Of a stretch of DNA of 64,000 bases, positions 36,444 through 51,181 are shown one piece after another. Positions within the stretch are counted from its first letter, which is position 1, and each line of letters starts with the position of its first letter. This DNA is from Octopus bimaculoides (Eukaryota): assembly GCF_001194135.2 (NCBI RefSeq), contig NC_068991.1:49773916-49837915 (forward strand), read 5' to 3'. The notes beneath the pieces were generated by a model that had not been told where the DNA came from, did no database searches, and worked only from the letters and a program-made list of their open reading frames with translations. A program made the position numbers and the translations under genes.

Positions 36444-37024
36444 CACACACACACACTATTTTAAACCACAAATTACAATACATACACATAATATGGATTT
36501 GCAGAAATACAAATATCATTATTGTTGGATTATTACAATTAGTCACTGACACCAAAAGCCTATTTTTTGCAGAGGAATTATAGCATATTTTCACTTAATA
36601 CAAATGACAAGTAGCTCTGTACTGAATAATAAAAAGTATACTTACATCAGTAAAATATAAGAGAGACAGACAGAAAGAAAGAGATGGTGAGAAGAGAGGG
36701 CTATAGAAAATAGTTTCTATCTACAGTAATGAACTGAAACTTTACCCTTCATGTTTGGGTTAATAATAATAATAATAATAATAAAAATATCAATCGAAGA
36801 TGTTGAACTGGTGCAACTGTAGATTCCTTGCAGCATTTGCTCTGATTTTGCATTCTGATTTCAAATGAGACTTTATTGCCTGGTTAACACCACAACCTGG
36901 CATCCTGGCTGTCTTTAGCAGAGTTTCTCTCTCTGGGCCAGGTCTCACAGTTGAAGATACTTTCCTCTTATCAGTCCCAGATGTTATATAAAGTACCTTC
37001 CCTCTTTACTAAAATATTTTTAAA

Positions 37025-37350
37025 TAATGATTTCTTTCCTGATAATAACAAAATTAAAGTAAAAGAGATAGAGGTTATATGGCAAACATCACTGACTGAA
37101 AAAAAGTTGAAAAGAGCTGTTGGATTCAATTAGAAGGATTTAGTACAGTTAAAGTGTGTAATCATGACTGTAAAGAAATATGTTGCTTGTAATTATATGT
37201 TTAGAGAGCTGTTATTACATGTGTTTAGATATAGCATTGGGTTTAATGGTGTAGACAAAGTATATAAGTTTAAACAACAAATTTAAATATATCAAGTTGA
37301 AGTTCAGCAGAGTAGAAAAATTGGAAAGAATCTGGAGAAAATCAAACACA
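37025..37350. repeat. Diverged direct copy of EML genomic segment ~23248-23556 (last 19 nt of an exon plus downstream intron)
   Basis: 27-nt identity taaagaaatatgttgcttgtaattata (23373-23399 = 37171-37197) plus colinear blocks gaggttatatgg, gtagacaaagtatataa and tttaaacaaca. Confidence 0.9.
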
Positions 37351-37399
37351 GTTATCATAACACCATTCTGTCTTCAGTGATCCTGAAGCAACCAACTTA

Positions 37400-39010
37400 T
37401 GCAGAACTGATGAAGCAAATCCTCCCACACATAACTTTGGGTACTATGGACATCATTGCAGTATTTAATAAATTAAAACCAATTTAGCAGTAGGAGCTGA
37501 TACAGATTCTCTGCTATTATCTCAAAGGGATGCAAACAACTTGCACATGCTCTTGCTCATCCCTGGAGGAATTCACTGGACTGAGGTTTTATTCCAGCAC
37601 ATTTTTTTTTGCTCCAGTCTGTATTCTCGATTTATCATAGTGAGTTACCATTCCATCTCACTAACTTCTTGCATCATTAAAGTATTTAAGAGGATGGTGA
37701 TCTCAAAATTGGCTTTCTAAAAAGAAATCTGATCCTAACCAAAGTAGTTTTCATGGTAGAAGAGACTGCCTCACATAACTTTCACACTACTTTGATGACA
37801 TTCTTAATGCTCAGAGGAAGTGTTCTGACACGTCATTTATCTTGACTTCAGAAAAGCTTTGAACAGAGTTGACCATAGAATTATAGCAAAAAAAATTATA
37901 ACATTGGTATCTTGACAAACATGTTTCCTGATAAACAGAACCCAACATATGACTGTTAGAATTTACTGATGACCAGTAAAAATCGATAGTGGTGTCCTCT
38001 AGGGTACTGTGTTTGGACCATTTCTGTTTATTATTCATGTAACATGTAACAAAGTTCATCAAACAGTAAAATAAAAATTCTCTGCAGATGATAAAGTTAA
38101 AGGGACTATGTACCAAATTGAAGTCCAACCTGATGCATATACATTGTCATTCAATAGGTGGAAAAAATAACATGCTACTAAATGAGGAAAAGTTTGAGCT
38201 CATCTACTCTGGAAAAGTGAATATACTTAAACAGCTATCTTGTCTTCCCTCACGCGAACTCCTTCAGACTGTTGAACAATGTCAGTGACCTAGGTTTAAC
38301 TGTGGACAACAAACTAAACTGGAGTGTTCATATCAACAATGAAGTCAATATGACCTGCAGAATGTGCTCATAGACCATTAGACTTTCCCATTCGAGAGAC
38401 CCTGATACCATCATTCTTCTCTAAGTATGCTAGGGCTTACCTTAAATATTGATGTCCACTTTGGCCTCCATACACAAGCCAAAACATGAGAATTTGAAGT
38501 ACTCCAGAGAAAAATAAATAGCATAACAGGCCTTACTACTGGAATTACCACAAAAGGCTCAAAACTTATTCTCTCCACATTGCTCTCAGCCCTCCATTAT
38601 TTATAGACTGTGGAAAATGTTTCATCAAAACTGCCTAAATGATGCCAGTATTACGTTCACAAGTGACCCAGAGCCATGCACACCCAACAGCAATCAAGTT
38701 CACATCATGTAACAATGCAACACAGCTTTTTCACTTCAACTGGTCATGCTTTAGTCAACATTATTTCTAAACAAGTTAAGGAAAAATACCTGATAACATT
38801 CAGGTAATACCTGCACAAATTCCTCAAAGAAATACCAGACAAACTACTGACACCTGGCTACATCTTGGCACAAACAAAAAATGCTTATTTAAGTAGGCTG
38901 TGAGCCTTTAAAAAAAATGACTTAAAAGACTACCTCAGGCTTTGCCAATAATGGCTAAAACATATCTGGTGCCCCAGTATGACCACAGTATTAAAGTCTG
39001 CAAAACTTAC
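37400..39010 (+). mobile_element. 5'-truncated degenerate CR1/L2/jockey-type LINE (RT domain)
   Basis: Hand translation gives VIYLDFRKA(F)NRVDHRI (~37830), GV..GTV.GPFLFIIHVN (~37990), SADD (~38085) and DLGLTVDNKLNW (~38287). Many stops and frameshifts. Confidence 0.85.
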
Positions 39011-42000
39011 AGGGACATACTAAAATGTGTTTTATTTGAACAAGAAAAAGAAAAGAATGCAGTTAAGAAAGATGTTCAGTTAAATAAATTGTCAAGATTG
39101 TAACAGAAAAGATAATTCTTATTTGGTAAAAGGCATCCATCCCTTGTGTTACGATTGAGTCAGTTAAACCGAAAATCTTAAACTTTTATCTAAAGTACCA
39201 AGCATTACAAAAATCTGTGAAAAATAGAAAAAAATGTACCATCATTTCAAACAAAGTGTAATGTGTTTAAAAACAACGCAACAAAATATTTATTTGACAT
39301 TTCCTGTTCCAAATGCAACTCCTTTGAAAACTGCAGTTGTAGTAGAGAGAAAAAAGTACCACAGAGAGAACAAGATTTTTACAGGATCAACGGACAAATC
39401 AGAAAATGAACATCGGCGGAATAGATCAAGCAATATCTAAACAGAACGTTCAGAGGTGGATTCATATTATTTAGTTACATGGAATTATTTCAAATAAATT
39501 GGAAATGTTAATTATTTTTATCACCAAAATGTGTCAAGAATCAAAAATTGGTTTAAACATAATTTTATTTTAATGCATGTGTCATCTAGACCTCATGTAA
39601 TACACATATTCGGTCATCTAGTATTAACAATAATAATAAAAAAATTTTTAAAAAACGAAGTCAAAAAGTCTATTCATTTCACATAATTTTGAAATTTCAA
39701 GTGCACTGCGGGGCCTGAAGATATAAATTTTAGAGCTTGAGATTTTAACACTCTTGTTTTTGAAGGATTTCGCAAAAGACACTCGATTCGTAACAATGAA
39801 TGTAAAAAATAAAATGAGGAACGGCAAATGTGTGTTAAATTGATTTTCCGCTCATTATTCAAAATTTCAAGTGGGCTGCAGAGCTTGAAGGTGTAAATTT
39901 AAGAACTTCAGATTTTAACAGTTGATTTTGAAGGATTTTGCAATAAAAAAAATATATTCTTGCAAGTATATTTTGAAAATCTGTGTAAAAAGTAACTTTT
40001 GTGCTCCACCCTAGTATATACATGTATATAGGCACACATACATATACAAACATATACATTTGTATACACATATATGGTCTACAAGTGTCTTCACAGTATA
40101 CTAAGCAAAGAATTATTTTAATATGTATGAGGGAAGACAGGATCCTGCTACCATTAATTAGTGGAATAACTAAGTTCAATAAACAGAAATTTCATATTTT
40201 GCATTGAATGTTGACTATAATTGTACAAAAGGTGTAGTGGTTCACAATCATACCATCAGAGACAGTTCACTTCATATCTGGCATGTACACACTAGTTATT
40301 AGTAAGAATTCATGCAGAATAAACTTCTTCAAATGCTTGGAAATCTTAGGTTTAAGTGATACTATCTTTTAGCTAAGTGATCTGATTTGGAGAAGATCTG
40401 AAGTAGCAGGAAGTGCAAAAATAGATTTTAAAAAAGTGCAGAGAGAGAGATCACTTTTGTTGGCAACAAATGTCTTCTCCCTTTGAGAAAAGGGGCAAAC
40501 TGTATGATGCTTATGAATAAAATACTATGTTGCATACTAGTGAGATATGAATTTTGAGTGCAGAAAGCTTGCAAAGACTTGGGGCAAAGTGGTAAAGATT
40601 GATCTTGAGAAGTTGTGTCTGCCACCCTTTCCACCTATTCACTACCCTCTCATCTCTCCATTTTCCTTTCTTGTATTAACTGAACAATGCCACCTGCGAC
40701 ACAAGAGAGAACTCTAAATTTGTTCCTATTCAATCCCACCTCTATCACCACCTGCATCTCACTACTCATCTTATGTTATATAGGTCACATTGCCTCTGAT
40801 CAAGCAGAAAAAAACCTACAGTGGCAAAAATCTTGTTCTTGAAAAGGTACAAAGCAACCACAATTGTCTTACTGCTGTGATAAATGCATCCTGTAAACTC
40901 TGTAAAGTACGAGTTGTTAGGAGGGGCCCACAGCTCTAGTAACAAACTAAAATAAAATGTACAAGTGAAATGTGGACCTGAGATGTTGAAGGAGAGTTTT
41001 TTTTTTGTTTTTATATTCTACCCATGCTGGAGAGTGAAACATATTTATTCCTCAAGCACTTTGAACGCTCTATAATCAGGTTCAAAGCTGAGATTTAAAA
41101 GCAATGTTAACCAAGACAATTGGTTAAATATTACAAGTGTCTGTAGTCTTAATCAGGTTGATAAAATAGGATTGTCAAGTCATCCCAATTTGCTGGGATT
41201 CATGCTAGTTTTCAAACAATAGTATCAGGGTCTCAAGATAATGCTTCAGGATGGTGAATTGTCCCAGTCATTTAATTTTATTTAAACAATAAGTTTTCAT
41301 AAATGTTTTCCAATTTGTTTGCATATGTTTTTTAAAATCTTTTCTTCCCACTAATCTTTCAGCTTTTAGAAAGTATAGTTACGATTTGCTATTTGTTTTA
41401 TTCCGTTTCCATGAAAGTGCAAACCATCAGCTCATGCACAATGATTAGTAGGGTTTCTTCAAATTTTTTTTCTCTTGTTTCTAGGTTTTGAGATTTTAAC
41501 CCTTTCAATTTTTGCTAATTTTTTCAATAAATGATTCAACAAAGTAAACACTCATTAGGTCCAAAATAGGTTGGCTATTTGATGCACTATTTACTTTGAG
41601 TAAAGCTGGTTTTGTTATTTAGAAGAAAAGCATTGCCAAAGCTGACTTTGTGGTGGAATAGCAAACCAAATAAAAGACTAAATCTATTTTGACACTTTAA
41701 ATTCTTTTGAAGCATAAGTTGCTGAAAAAAAGTGGTGGAGGAAAATTGTAAAGTATCTATAAAAAGAGATATTTATATACACATATGATGAATTATTTTG
41801 GCTAAAATCAATCTAAACAATCTGTAAGCTGATAAGAATTTTTATGTGAAATGTTTTTTTTTTAAAAAGAATTTTTTAAATTATCAAGGAATACTAGAAA
41901 TGGACTTCTTTGATGCAATGTTCATCTGATCCATTTCCAATACTATTTGATATCTCAAAATAAAATGCACAATGTTCTCTTTATATTAATATTTTATCCT

Positions 42001-42185
42001 TCTAACCCATCTACACAATATTAATTCCATTATTCAACACTTGTAGTAATAAGTCTACACTGCCACCTGTAATCATTTCATATTTTGTATAGAATTTCAT
42101 TATCTAATTTCATTTTTTTTCCCCCATAACATTTAAATAAATCCAAAGTTTTAGCTGAATATTTTCTCACATTCTACCCACTTAA

Positions 42186-42300
42186 CCCTTTAGTGTTTAA
42201 ACTAGCCATATCTGGCTCAAATACACTGCCAGAGCCAGCATCTTGTACCTACCCCATGTTATTCTAAAAATACAGTCACATCATCCTGAATGCTAAAGGG
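42186..42300. mobile_element. piggyBac-type MITE, internally deleted copy 3
   Basis: TTAA|CCCTTTAGTG ... AATGCTAAAGGG|CTAA. Confidence 0.8.
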
Positions 42301-44914
42301 CTAATGCTCTAGATTTTAGCATCATACATTTACTAAATTTATATTGCAATTTAATTTCATTTTTAACTCCATTTTACTACTGATTTTTATTTACCAATTA
42401 AATTTCCTTTTATTTCCAAAATCTGTGAGACCATCTTAAAAAAAGAAAGGTGGGGGTTTTATGCTTGACTTGTTTTAATCATTAGACTGTGGCCATGCTG
42501 GGGCACTGTCTTGTTAATATTCTTAGTCAATAGAATCTAGCTTGCAGTTTCTGAAGCTGCACTTGTGAGAAAGAAAAGTGAACTATTAATTGAACAATTC
42601 CTAAGAAAAATATGGAAAAAATATAATATCTAGGATCAGTATACACTGTCTTTTGCAGCATGTGTGAAATATTGTTCATATAATCATGCGTTATTTAAAA
42701 TAACATGCAATTAACACTAGAAGTTCCATATTTTTTTTTATATTCATTAGTTTAACATAATTTGTTGCATGTTATTAAATACAAAAGATAAATTGAAGGT
42801 GATAAATAATTCATAGCTTGTTTTGCATCCCTTTTATTTTTAAAGGTAGCAAACAAGAACTGGAGCTTCTGGTATTAAAGTTTTTTTCTCTCACAAAGTT
42901 ACATGTTTAACAGGATATGTCACAAAATATAAAACAAATGGCACAAATAAAGACATGATTGATCCAATATCATATGAAAGCAGTAAGCTGATAATTCAGG
43001 ATTAAATCTTCAAATAAAAACACTATAGGTAATGAACAAGTAAAAGCAAACTATGTATTAAACTGAATAAATAAAATAATAGAAACACATAGACAATGAT
43101 GAAAATGTAATTAGATTGGCTGGATCTGCTGGAATAAAAAGTCAAGACCAAAGATTCATAGAGTATATAACATGATTGAATTTTTAACATTGGTTAATAA
43201 TAAAAAAATTTCTGTGTATATTTTAGACAAAATTTGTCATCTATAGAATTAATGTAAAAATTATTTGAAATAGATGCGTTTAGAAAAAAATTTGGGGGAA
43301 AGGACTTGTTGAAAAGCCAATATTAGGTAGCTATGTAACAACAAAGCAAAACCTCTGCCCAGAGCTCTTCTAATATTATAATGGAATATATTATGAAAAA
43401 GGTTAATAAGGTTGAGCAGACAGGCATAAATGATAATTATAATTACTCAAGGATGTTATAGAATAATTTATGATACCAGAGCTATAGCAAATTCATTTTA
43501 CTTTAACTCTGGAGCCATAAACATTCTGTTAGAATTCTCTGAACTTGTCATTACAAAACAAACAAGAAAACATGAAAAATAAATAATTCTAAAATTGAAA
43601 AATTAAAAAAAAAAGGGGGGGGACATTTAATGTTTACAAGTCATTTAAAAAATATTCAATATTGAAAAGAAAAATATTTTAAAATATTTTCCATCACTGT
43701 TTCATATTCATATTAAATATTGATTTTTACAATTAAAAGTGGTTTCAATACAAAGTATCAAAGTTTAAAACTGAATTATGAAATAATTGCTTTTAATTCA
43801 GCATGGATTAATTAAATCCAAAATCACAAAATATTTGAAAATCATTGAGGAGATTACATTTTAGAAATGAAGAAATACCAAAGTGAATAAAAAAAAAAAA
43901 TGAAAATAAAATGGAAGCAAAATATATTAATATTGAGTGAAGATTGATGGAACAGTATTGCTGGAGATTGATGGAACAGTGCAGATGGTGTTGACACAAG
44001 ATTGATTTTAGTAGACAATAGAGAATTGGTGCTTTTTCTCCTTATTAAACCAACAGAGACAAGAGGAAACTTCAAACTCTAAAAATAGTAGACAAACTTT
44101 GGAAGAAAAGAAACAGAAACACACAGAAACAAAACAAGACCATTGAGAACTAATAGTGGGGAAATACTATGCCAACTACAGGGCAAATAAACTCTAATGT
44201 GTACTGAGAATTGTCCCATCAAAAGAAGCAGGCAAGAATCAAAGTGGAGAACTCACCAATGATTGACTAAGAGGCATCCTTTTCCGCTGGATCTTCAATG
44301 CAGCCAAATTTTGAGCCTGAATTATCAACAAACTTGGTCTATAGTGGTACAATAACATCAAAGGCTGATGTTGCTACATGTACAGCAGCATACTGCACTG
44401 TTGTTTGTGTTCAGAGGCCAACAGTTTACCTCAAAAGACATTCCTTTAAGGAGGATGAATATGTTAAATGGTGTACAGTTGGCAAGTAACCAAACTCTAG
44501 TAGAAATAAATACTAGTTAAGTAGAAAATCAGGATTAAATACTCATGATATGAAAATAGTGATGCAACTGTAAAGTTGTCTGCAAAATTTGGAAAGTAAC
44601 TTTGGCTAAAGCACATAAAAGCTTTAAAAGGAAATTTATTTTTAATTACATTAAAAGAACAGCTTTCTAGTGAAGCATTTGTCATTATTAGCTAACTGAG
44701 TTTTTGTTTTTTTAAACTAGACACTAAAGGTATCCTTTAATAAGTAGAAACTATTATTATAAGAACACTTAATATAAACATATAACACTATATTTAATGA
44801 TTGAAAAATATATTTGATAAATGTTGAAAACTTTCATTAAACCGACAGCTAAAAAGTATTCACTCATTTTTTTTAGCTAAAATCATTAGCTGTTTTGGAA
44901 ATTCATTAATCATT

Positions 44915-45090
44915 GTCATTATCATTTAACGTCTGTTTTCCATGTTGGCATAGATCAGGTGGTTTGACCAGAGCTGATAAGCTGGAAGGCTGCAGTAGGC
45001 TCCAGTAATCTGTTTTGGCTTGTTATCTACAGCTGGATGCCCTTCCTAACACCAACCACTTTACAGAGTGTACTGGGTGTCTTATGTGTC
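44915..45090 (-). mobile_element. RTE-tail SINE fragment
   Basis: catttaacgtctgttttccatg...acagctggatgcccttcctaacaccaaccact. Confidence 0.75.
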
Positions 45091-46269
45091 TATATGAAAG
45101 AAGCATCTATTTACAGAGAACTGGCTCTACTGACCCTCATAAATATCTTTTCAACATTATCCAATAATTTAAAAGGATAGAAGTACTAGGTATTACATTT
45201 ATAAAGTATAAATTTCTTAAGTAGTTGTATAGTTTTAATGTGAGGCAGAAGAATATCTAATACTATAAGGGTTGTTTCTCAGTCCCTCCATCATAGACTA
45301 CTTAAATGATTTTTTGAAACGAGACATTTTGAAGAATTTTAAAAAGTTTCTGTTATGATGTCCTTTCAATCAGAAAATTTCAACACAGAATATTAAAGGG
45401 AGGTAATATATTTAATAGTTCTTTTATTTATTTATTTATTTTTGCTCTATATTTTGTTAAAAGATTTCAATATATTTCTATTAAGACATTATAATTTGCC
45501 AGTTTCCTTTATAAATATGCAGATTATGATTTTTCAAGTAATTTACTTCGAAAAAAAAAAAAAAAAATTAAAATAAGCAAATTTATTTATTGAATTTACA
45601 TACTTATTGAATTAATGCACAAAGAAAAAAAAAGTTTATATTTTCGGTCAAAATTCTTTTTCACACGCCATAAAAAAATGGTTCTGAATATTTCACTTTC
45701 AAATACAATAGATTGCATGATGAAAGAGAAAATATAAAGCCAGTGGGATGGGGGAATCCCTAGAAGAAGAGAGAGAAAGGTGATAAAGTTGACAAATTTA
45801 GTTAAACCTTCAGTCAATAAACCATAATTTTGCTGTAAACCAATTTCAATTTATTGAATGCTTTTTCTTCTATACTTGAAATTGCTTATTTTTGAAGTAA
45901 GTAAATCATTTAAAAACTTTCCGTCAGTAAAAGAGTAAACCTGCTGTTTGTAACATAAATATATTATTTTTCACTAAAATATTTCTTGATATATAATAGA
46001 GAAATTAAAAATGGGAAAATACACCTCATTGTGAATATAATTCACTTAGTCTTATTTACCATTTTATGTATGAGGAAATTTTGGTTAAGATATTTGACTG
46101 AAATGTCATGTTAATATCATGGACAAAATTATAAAAAAAAAAAAAGAAAATGTTTCCGTGTGGCATCTACCACAAGTATTACTAACATACTAATATATTC
46201 ACAAATGTCAGGGCTTTTATGTGTTTACTCAACCAGGTAGAAATAGCAGTCAAGTCTCTTTTGATCAGC

Positions 46270-47340
46270 CTGAAAGACATCATAATGGAAAATTTTTCTA
46301 AAGTGCTGCTATAAGTTTGAATATGCAGCTGAAGTGCAAACACAATTTAAGAAGGAGTTTCTAATGGATCCACCAACATGATGACCATCACTTGAACTCG
46401 AGATAATTTTGAGTGAGGTTGATGGAACAGTTCAGAATGTCCACAAAAGAAAAAACCATTCTGGAAGACTACATACATCAATGAGCCCCACAAAGCAAGA
46501 ATGGGTACTAGAAACATTTGCCAGATTTCAAGAAAATGTGTGGCAAGCAAGTTGTGAGATAAGAATTTCAAAATTGAGCATCTATCCCATTTTGAAGTTC
46601 TGTCATTGGAAAAGGTACATTCCAGGAATAGTCCATGCTCTCGGTGAACATGATCCTGACCGAAGAGTGAAGTTGTGTAAGTGGTACATGGCAAGATGTA
46701 TAGAGGATGTACACTTTTGGAAAACTATTTGGGGTGATGAGGATTCATCTACTGGGGATCTGAGGATGCAAATGTTATGGAGGAATATTATGTTATTTTA
46801 TTAAGAGTTATAGTATGGTGTCGCTTATCATCAAAAGGATTAAATGGACAATTCTGTCTCAATGATACTTTGATTGGTCCCATTTACTTGTTGAGACAGT
46901 CTGTCCTCGCAAGCATTCAAGAGAACTTTAAAGAAGATATGAAGTTTATTTCCAGCAAGATACCCCTCACCGCAACCACACACAGCCGCTATAGGAATAT
47001 AAGGGGCAACTTTGATGAAAAGTGGATTGAACAAATGGTTCAGTAGAATACCTTCCATGTTCACCAGACCTCATACCATTAAACTTTTTGTCATAGGGGC
47101 ACATAAAGACTGCAGTACCAAACTGGCAGCTGTCAACAAATTGAGGGCAGCCACTGAATGAGAATATACAAAATACTGAGCAACATGTTTCTTGATGCTT
47201 GCAATTCTATTGCTTTCTGTTATCTTCAGTGCCTGTACCAGAATGAACATCCGTATTAAAAGAAACATTTGTAAAATAAAGTAAGTTCATTCTGTAGATT
47301 CTATTAAATTTTGAAAATCAAATGTATTTCAGTATACACT
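46270..47340 (+). mobile_element. Degenerate Tc1/mariner-superfamily transposase relic (VWCG...GPFF...PPRSPDL type)
   Basis: VWCRLSSKGLNGQFCLNDTL and EYLPCSPDLIPLNFL.WGHIKD, frameshifted. Boundaries approximate. Confidence 0.75.
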
Positions 47341-47394
47341 GACTTTATAATCATTCAATATACATATACATTTTGATGGGGGGTATACATATAC

Positions 47395-47760
47395 ATACAC
47401 CTACATGCATTTATATGTATACATATGCACAAACGTATTTATATGTATACATATGCACAAACACATGTATACATGTGCACAAACACATGTATACATGTGC
47501 ACAAACACATGTATACATGTGCACAAACACATTTATATGTATACATATGCACAAACATGTATTTATATGTATACATATGCACAAACATGCATACATATGC
47601 ACAAACATGTATTTATATGCATACATATGCACAAATACGTATTCATATGCATACATATGCACAAATACGTATTCATATGCATACATATGCACAAACACAT
47701 ATACATATGCACAAACATATTTATATGTATACATATGCATAAACACATACACATGTATAT
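47395..47760. repeat. Compound minisatellite (22- and 30-bp units built on atgtatacatatgcacaaac)
   Basis: Visible tandem units, e.g. acaaacacatgtatacatgtgc x3. Confidence 0.85.
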
Positions 47761-49633
47761 GAATGTGAGTGTATTCCTGCCTGTGTCCATGTGTGGTTAT
47801 CTTTACACTGATCTAAAAGTTGGTTTTGTTATGTCTTGATGTCCCACAACCTTGTAGTTCAACAAATATAGAGCAACAAAATAAGTTTCAGACTGAAATA
47901 TATGGTGCCCCAGCATGGCTATAGCCCAATGACTGAAACCAGTAAAAGAATAATTCTACAAAGATTGGTAAATGCTTCTTTCATTGGAACGAGTTATAAT
48001 CTGAGTATGTATTGCTTGGATTATGGACTTAATCTCTTTTTATTTGCAGTTTTGATTAGTGTTGTATTTAATGGGTTTCTCCCAGGATTATAATACAATA
48101 GCTAATAGCAATGAAACATTGCATTTTGCCAACATATAAGATATGGGTTTTTGTTAATTTTATCAAAAAATTGCCCTGCATCTAATACAGCTGTATTATG
48201 AATTGCAGACTATGTTATAGTCTAAGAAGGCAGTTGAGCACAAGTATTAGTAATGATAAAAATATTGAAATGAAGCCAAATTATCACAGTCTGTGGGAAT
48301 AAACTTATGAAAAATTGCTTACAGTACACTGACAGTTATGCAGGAAAGTCACATAATCTAATAACCCTTTTCTCAGCATGTATAGTTCACACCTGATATA
48401 TGTCATATACTTTACTTTTAAGAAACATTTGCTTATTATCTAAATGCAAATTCTCCAAAAAAGATGAAAGGAATATTAAACTTTCATCTGTTATTTGCAA
48501 TGAGTGGATGACAACAAAACCATAGTGATGGTGTTGTTACACTTGTGGCCTATCATACCAATAGAAAACATTGTAGCGAAAAAATACAAGTTCTACATTT
48601 TGTATGGCAATTCTCTTAACCAAAATATAACAACTATACAGTTGATCTGAAAAAAGATAAAGTTGAAATAAAGTACACATATAATGTAGTTTCTTTATGA
48701 TAAATTTACCATTTCATATTTTATTCCTGTATCATATCACAATATTTTATTTACATGCACAGAATCATACATTCCCACGCCACAAAACCACTTTAAAATA
48801 TTTTTTCAACATGTGTATTAGGAAACAGTTTGTTTTAACCACAAAATATACTTGTAAAATAGAGGTGCATCTTAAGAGAGTGTAACTTTTAAAAAAATAC
48901 TGCTTTTACCAACTTTAAGAAACCACAATAAAACAGAGTTCAAAGAGCCATTTATTTGTTAGGAATAACAGAAGAAAAACAAACAAAAAAAATCTTAAAC
49001 CAATCTTGTAAACTATAAAATAATCAACTTAAGATTTAGAATTAGGATTATAACTATCAGAGAATAGAAACTCTTCTTAAAAAAAGGTGAGAACAACAGG
49101 TAAAACAAGAGTGGCAGAAAGAGTAGTCACCTTATTAGTACCCTCAAGAGGAAGAACAGAAAAAACATTTAGCCAAATAAGTAAAAAAAAAAGTTTGGCA
49201 AGAAAGTATTTAAAAACAGAGATAAAAACAAAATGTCCAAGCTATAACAGAGAGGTTGATGTTCAGTTACCAAAACAAAATAAAGAAACTTCAAAACTCA
49301 CTTTTGAACTCAAAAAAGGAGAGAAAAATCACCAGAAGAGGTAGTAGTGTAGTAATGAAAAGTGATACTCATATAACAATGAATGGTTATTTCACAGAAA
49401 AATAATAAGCTTCATATNNNNNNNNNNNNNNNNNNNNNNNNNNNNNNNNNNNNNNNNNNNNNNNNNNNNNNNNNNNNNNNNNNNNNNNNNNNNNNNNNNN
49501 NNNNNNNNNNNNNNNNNNNNNNNNNNNNNNNNNNNNNNNNNNNNNNNNNNNNNNNNNNNNNNNNNNNNNNNNNNNNNNNNNNNNNNNNNNNNNNNNNNNN
49601 NNNNNNNNNNNNNNNNNNNNNNNNNNNNNNNNN

Positions 49634-49699
<66 letters not shown>

Positions 49700-49939
49700 G
49701 CATGCATGCATGCATGCATATATATATACACACACACACACATGTACATACAAATACATATACACATACAAATATATATACACATATATATGCACATACA
49801 AATATATATATACACATACATATATATACACATATGCACATACAAATATATGCACATACAAATATATATAAACATATATGCACATAGAAATATATATACA
49901 CATGCACATACAAATATATCTACACATATGCACATGCAA

Positions 49940-49974
<35 letters not shown>

Positions 49975-50712
49975 TATGCACATACAAATATATATGCACA
50001 TATATATGTACATATATACAAACATATATATAGCTATATATATTATATACACACACACACACACACACACCATTTCTCTGTCCCCCACCACTGCTGCAAG
50101 TGTGTCACTGCTTTCTTGCTCACCAATATACTCGTGTTCACCACTCCTAGCATTCTTCTTCCCCTCCTTCCCTCCTTTTGCACTCAAATGGACCTGAAGA
50201 TTAGCTAAATGAGTTTTGCGCATGCTAAAAATTCCACAACATGCATTGTTTAGCTTTGAAACATACATAATCTTTACTATTTCCATTCCTAACATTCTTG
50301 AAGTTATATATACTTACATATATACATAATCATTGTCATAGTTTTAATGCACTTTTTTTCCCATGCACACATGGTTCAGTTGAAATTTATTGAAGCAGAT
50401 CTTTCTATGATTGGATGCCCTCCTTGTTGCCAACCTTCACCTGCTCCTAAGCAAGGTAATACTTCTCTATATCCAGAAAAGTTTCCATGGAAGGTTGGAA
50501 ATCAGGGACACTATTTGCATGTCAGTGACATTCATTTACAACTATTATACAAAGTGAAAGTACAGAGATAGTAACACAAACAGTGTGGTTGGCAAGCAAA
50601 CTTCTTACAACACAGTCACACACAAATACATATATGCACGTGTTTGTGTGTATATCATCATCATCGTCGTTTAACGTCCGCTTTCCATATATATTTATTC
50701 ACACACAGACAC

Positions 50713-50772
<60 letters not shown>

Positions 50773-51131
50773 GAACATGTGCATGCATGTATATACACAC
50801 ACACATGCATGCATGTATATATACACACACACACACGTGCATGCATGTATATATACACACACACATGCATGCATGTATATACACACACACATACATGTGC
50901 ATGTATATATACACACACACATACATGCATGTATATACACACACACATACATGTGCATGTATATATACACACACACATGTGCATGTATATATACACACAC
51001 ACATACATGTATATATACACACACATACATGCATGTATATACACACACACATACATGTGCATGTATATATACACACACATGTGCATGCATATATATATAT
51101 ATATATATACACATGTGCATGCAAGCATGTA

Positions 51132-51181
<50 letters not shown>

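Noticed and set aside
47373-47839. Overlapping long ORFs on both strands rich in H/T/Y/I/C/M/V
   Set aside because: They are translations of a minisatellite. The same applies to ORFs at 24691-25796, 49383-50295, 50583-51280 and 53030-54424, many of which also read through N-gaps.
49087-49344. Lys-rich 85-aa plus-strand ORF
   Set aside because: A-rich low-complexity intron sequence (antisense of T-rich DNA), with a GTG start and no motifs or splice support.
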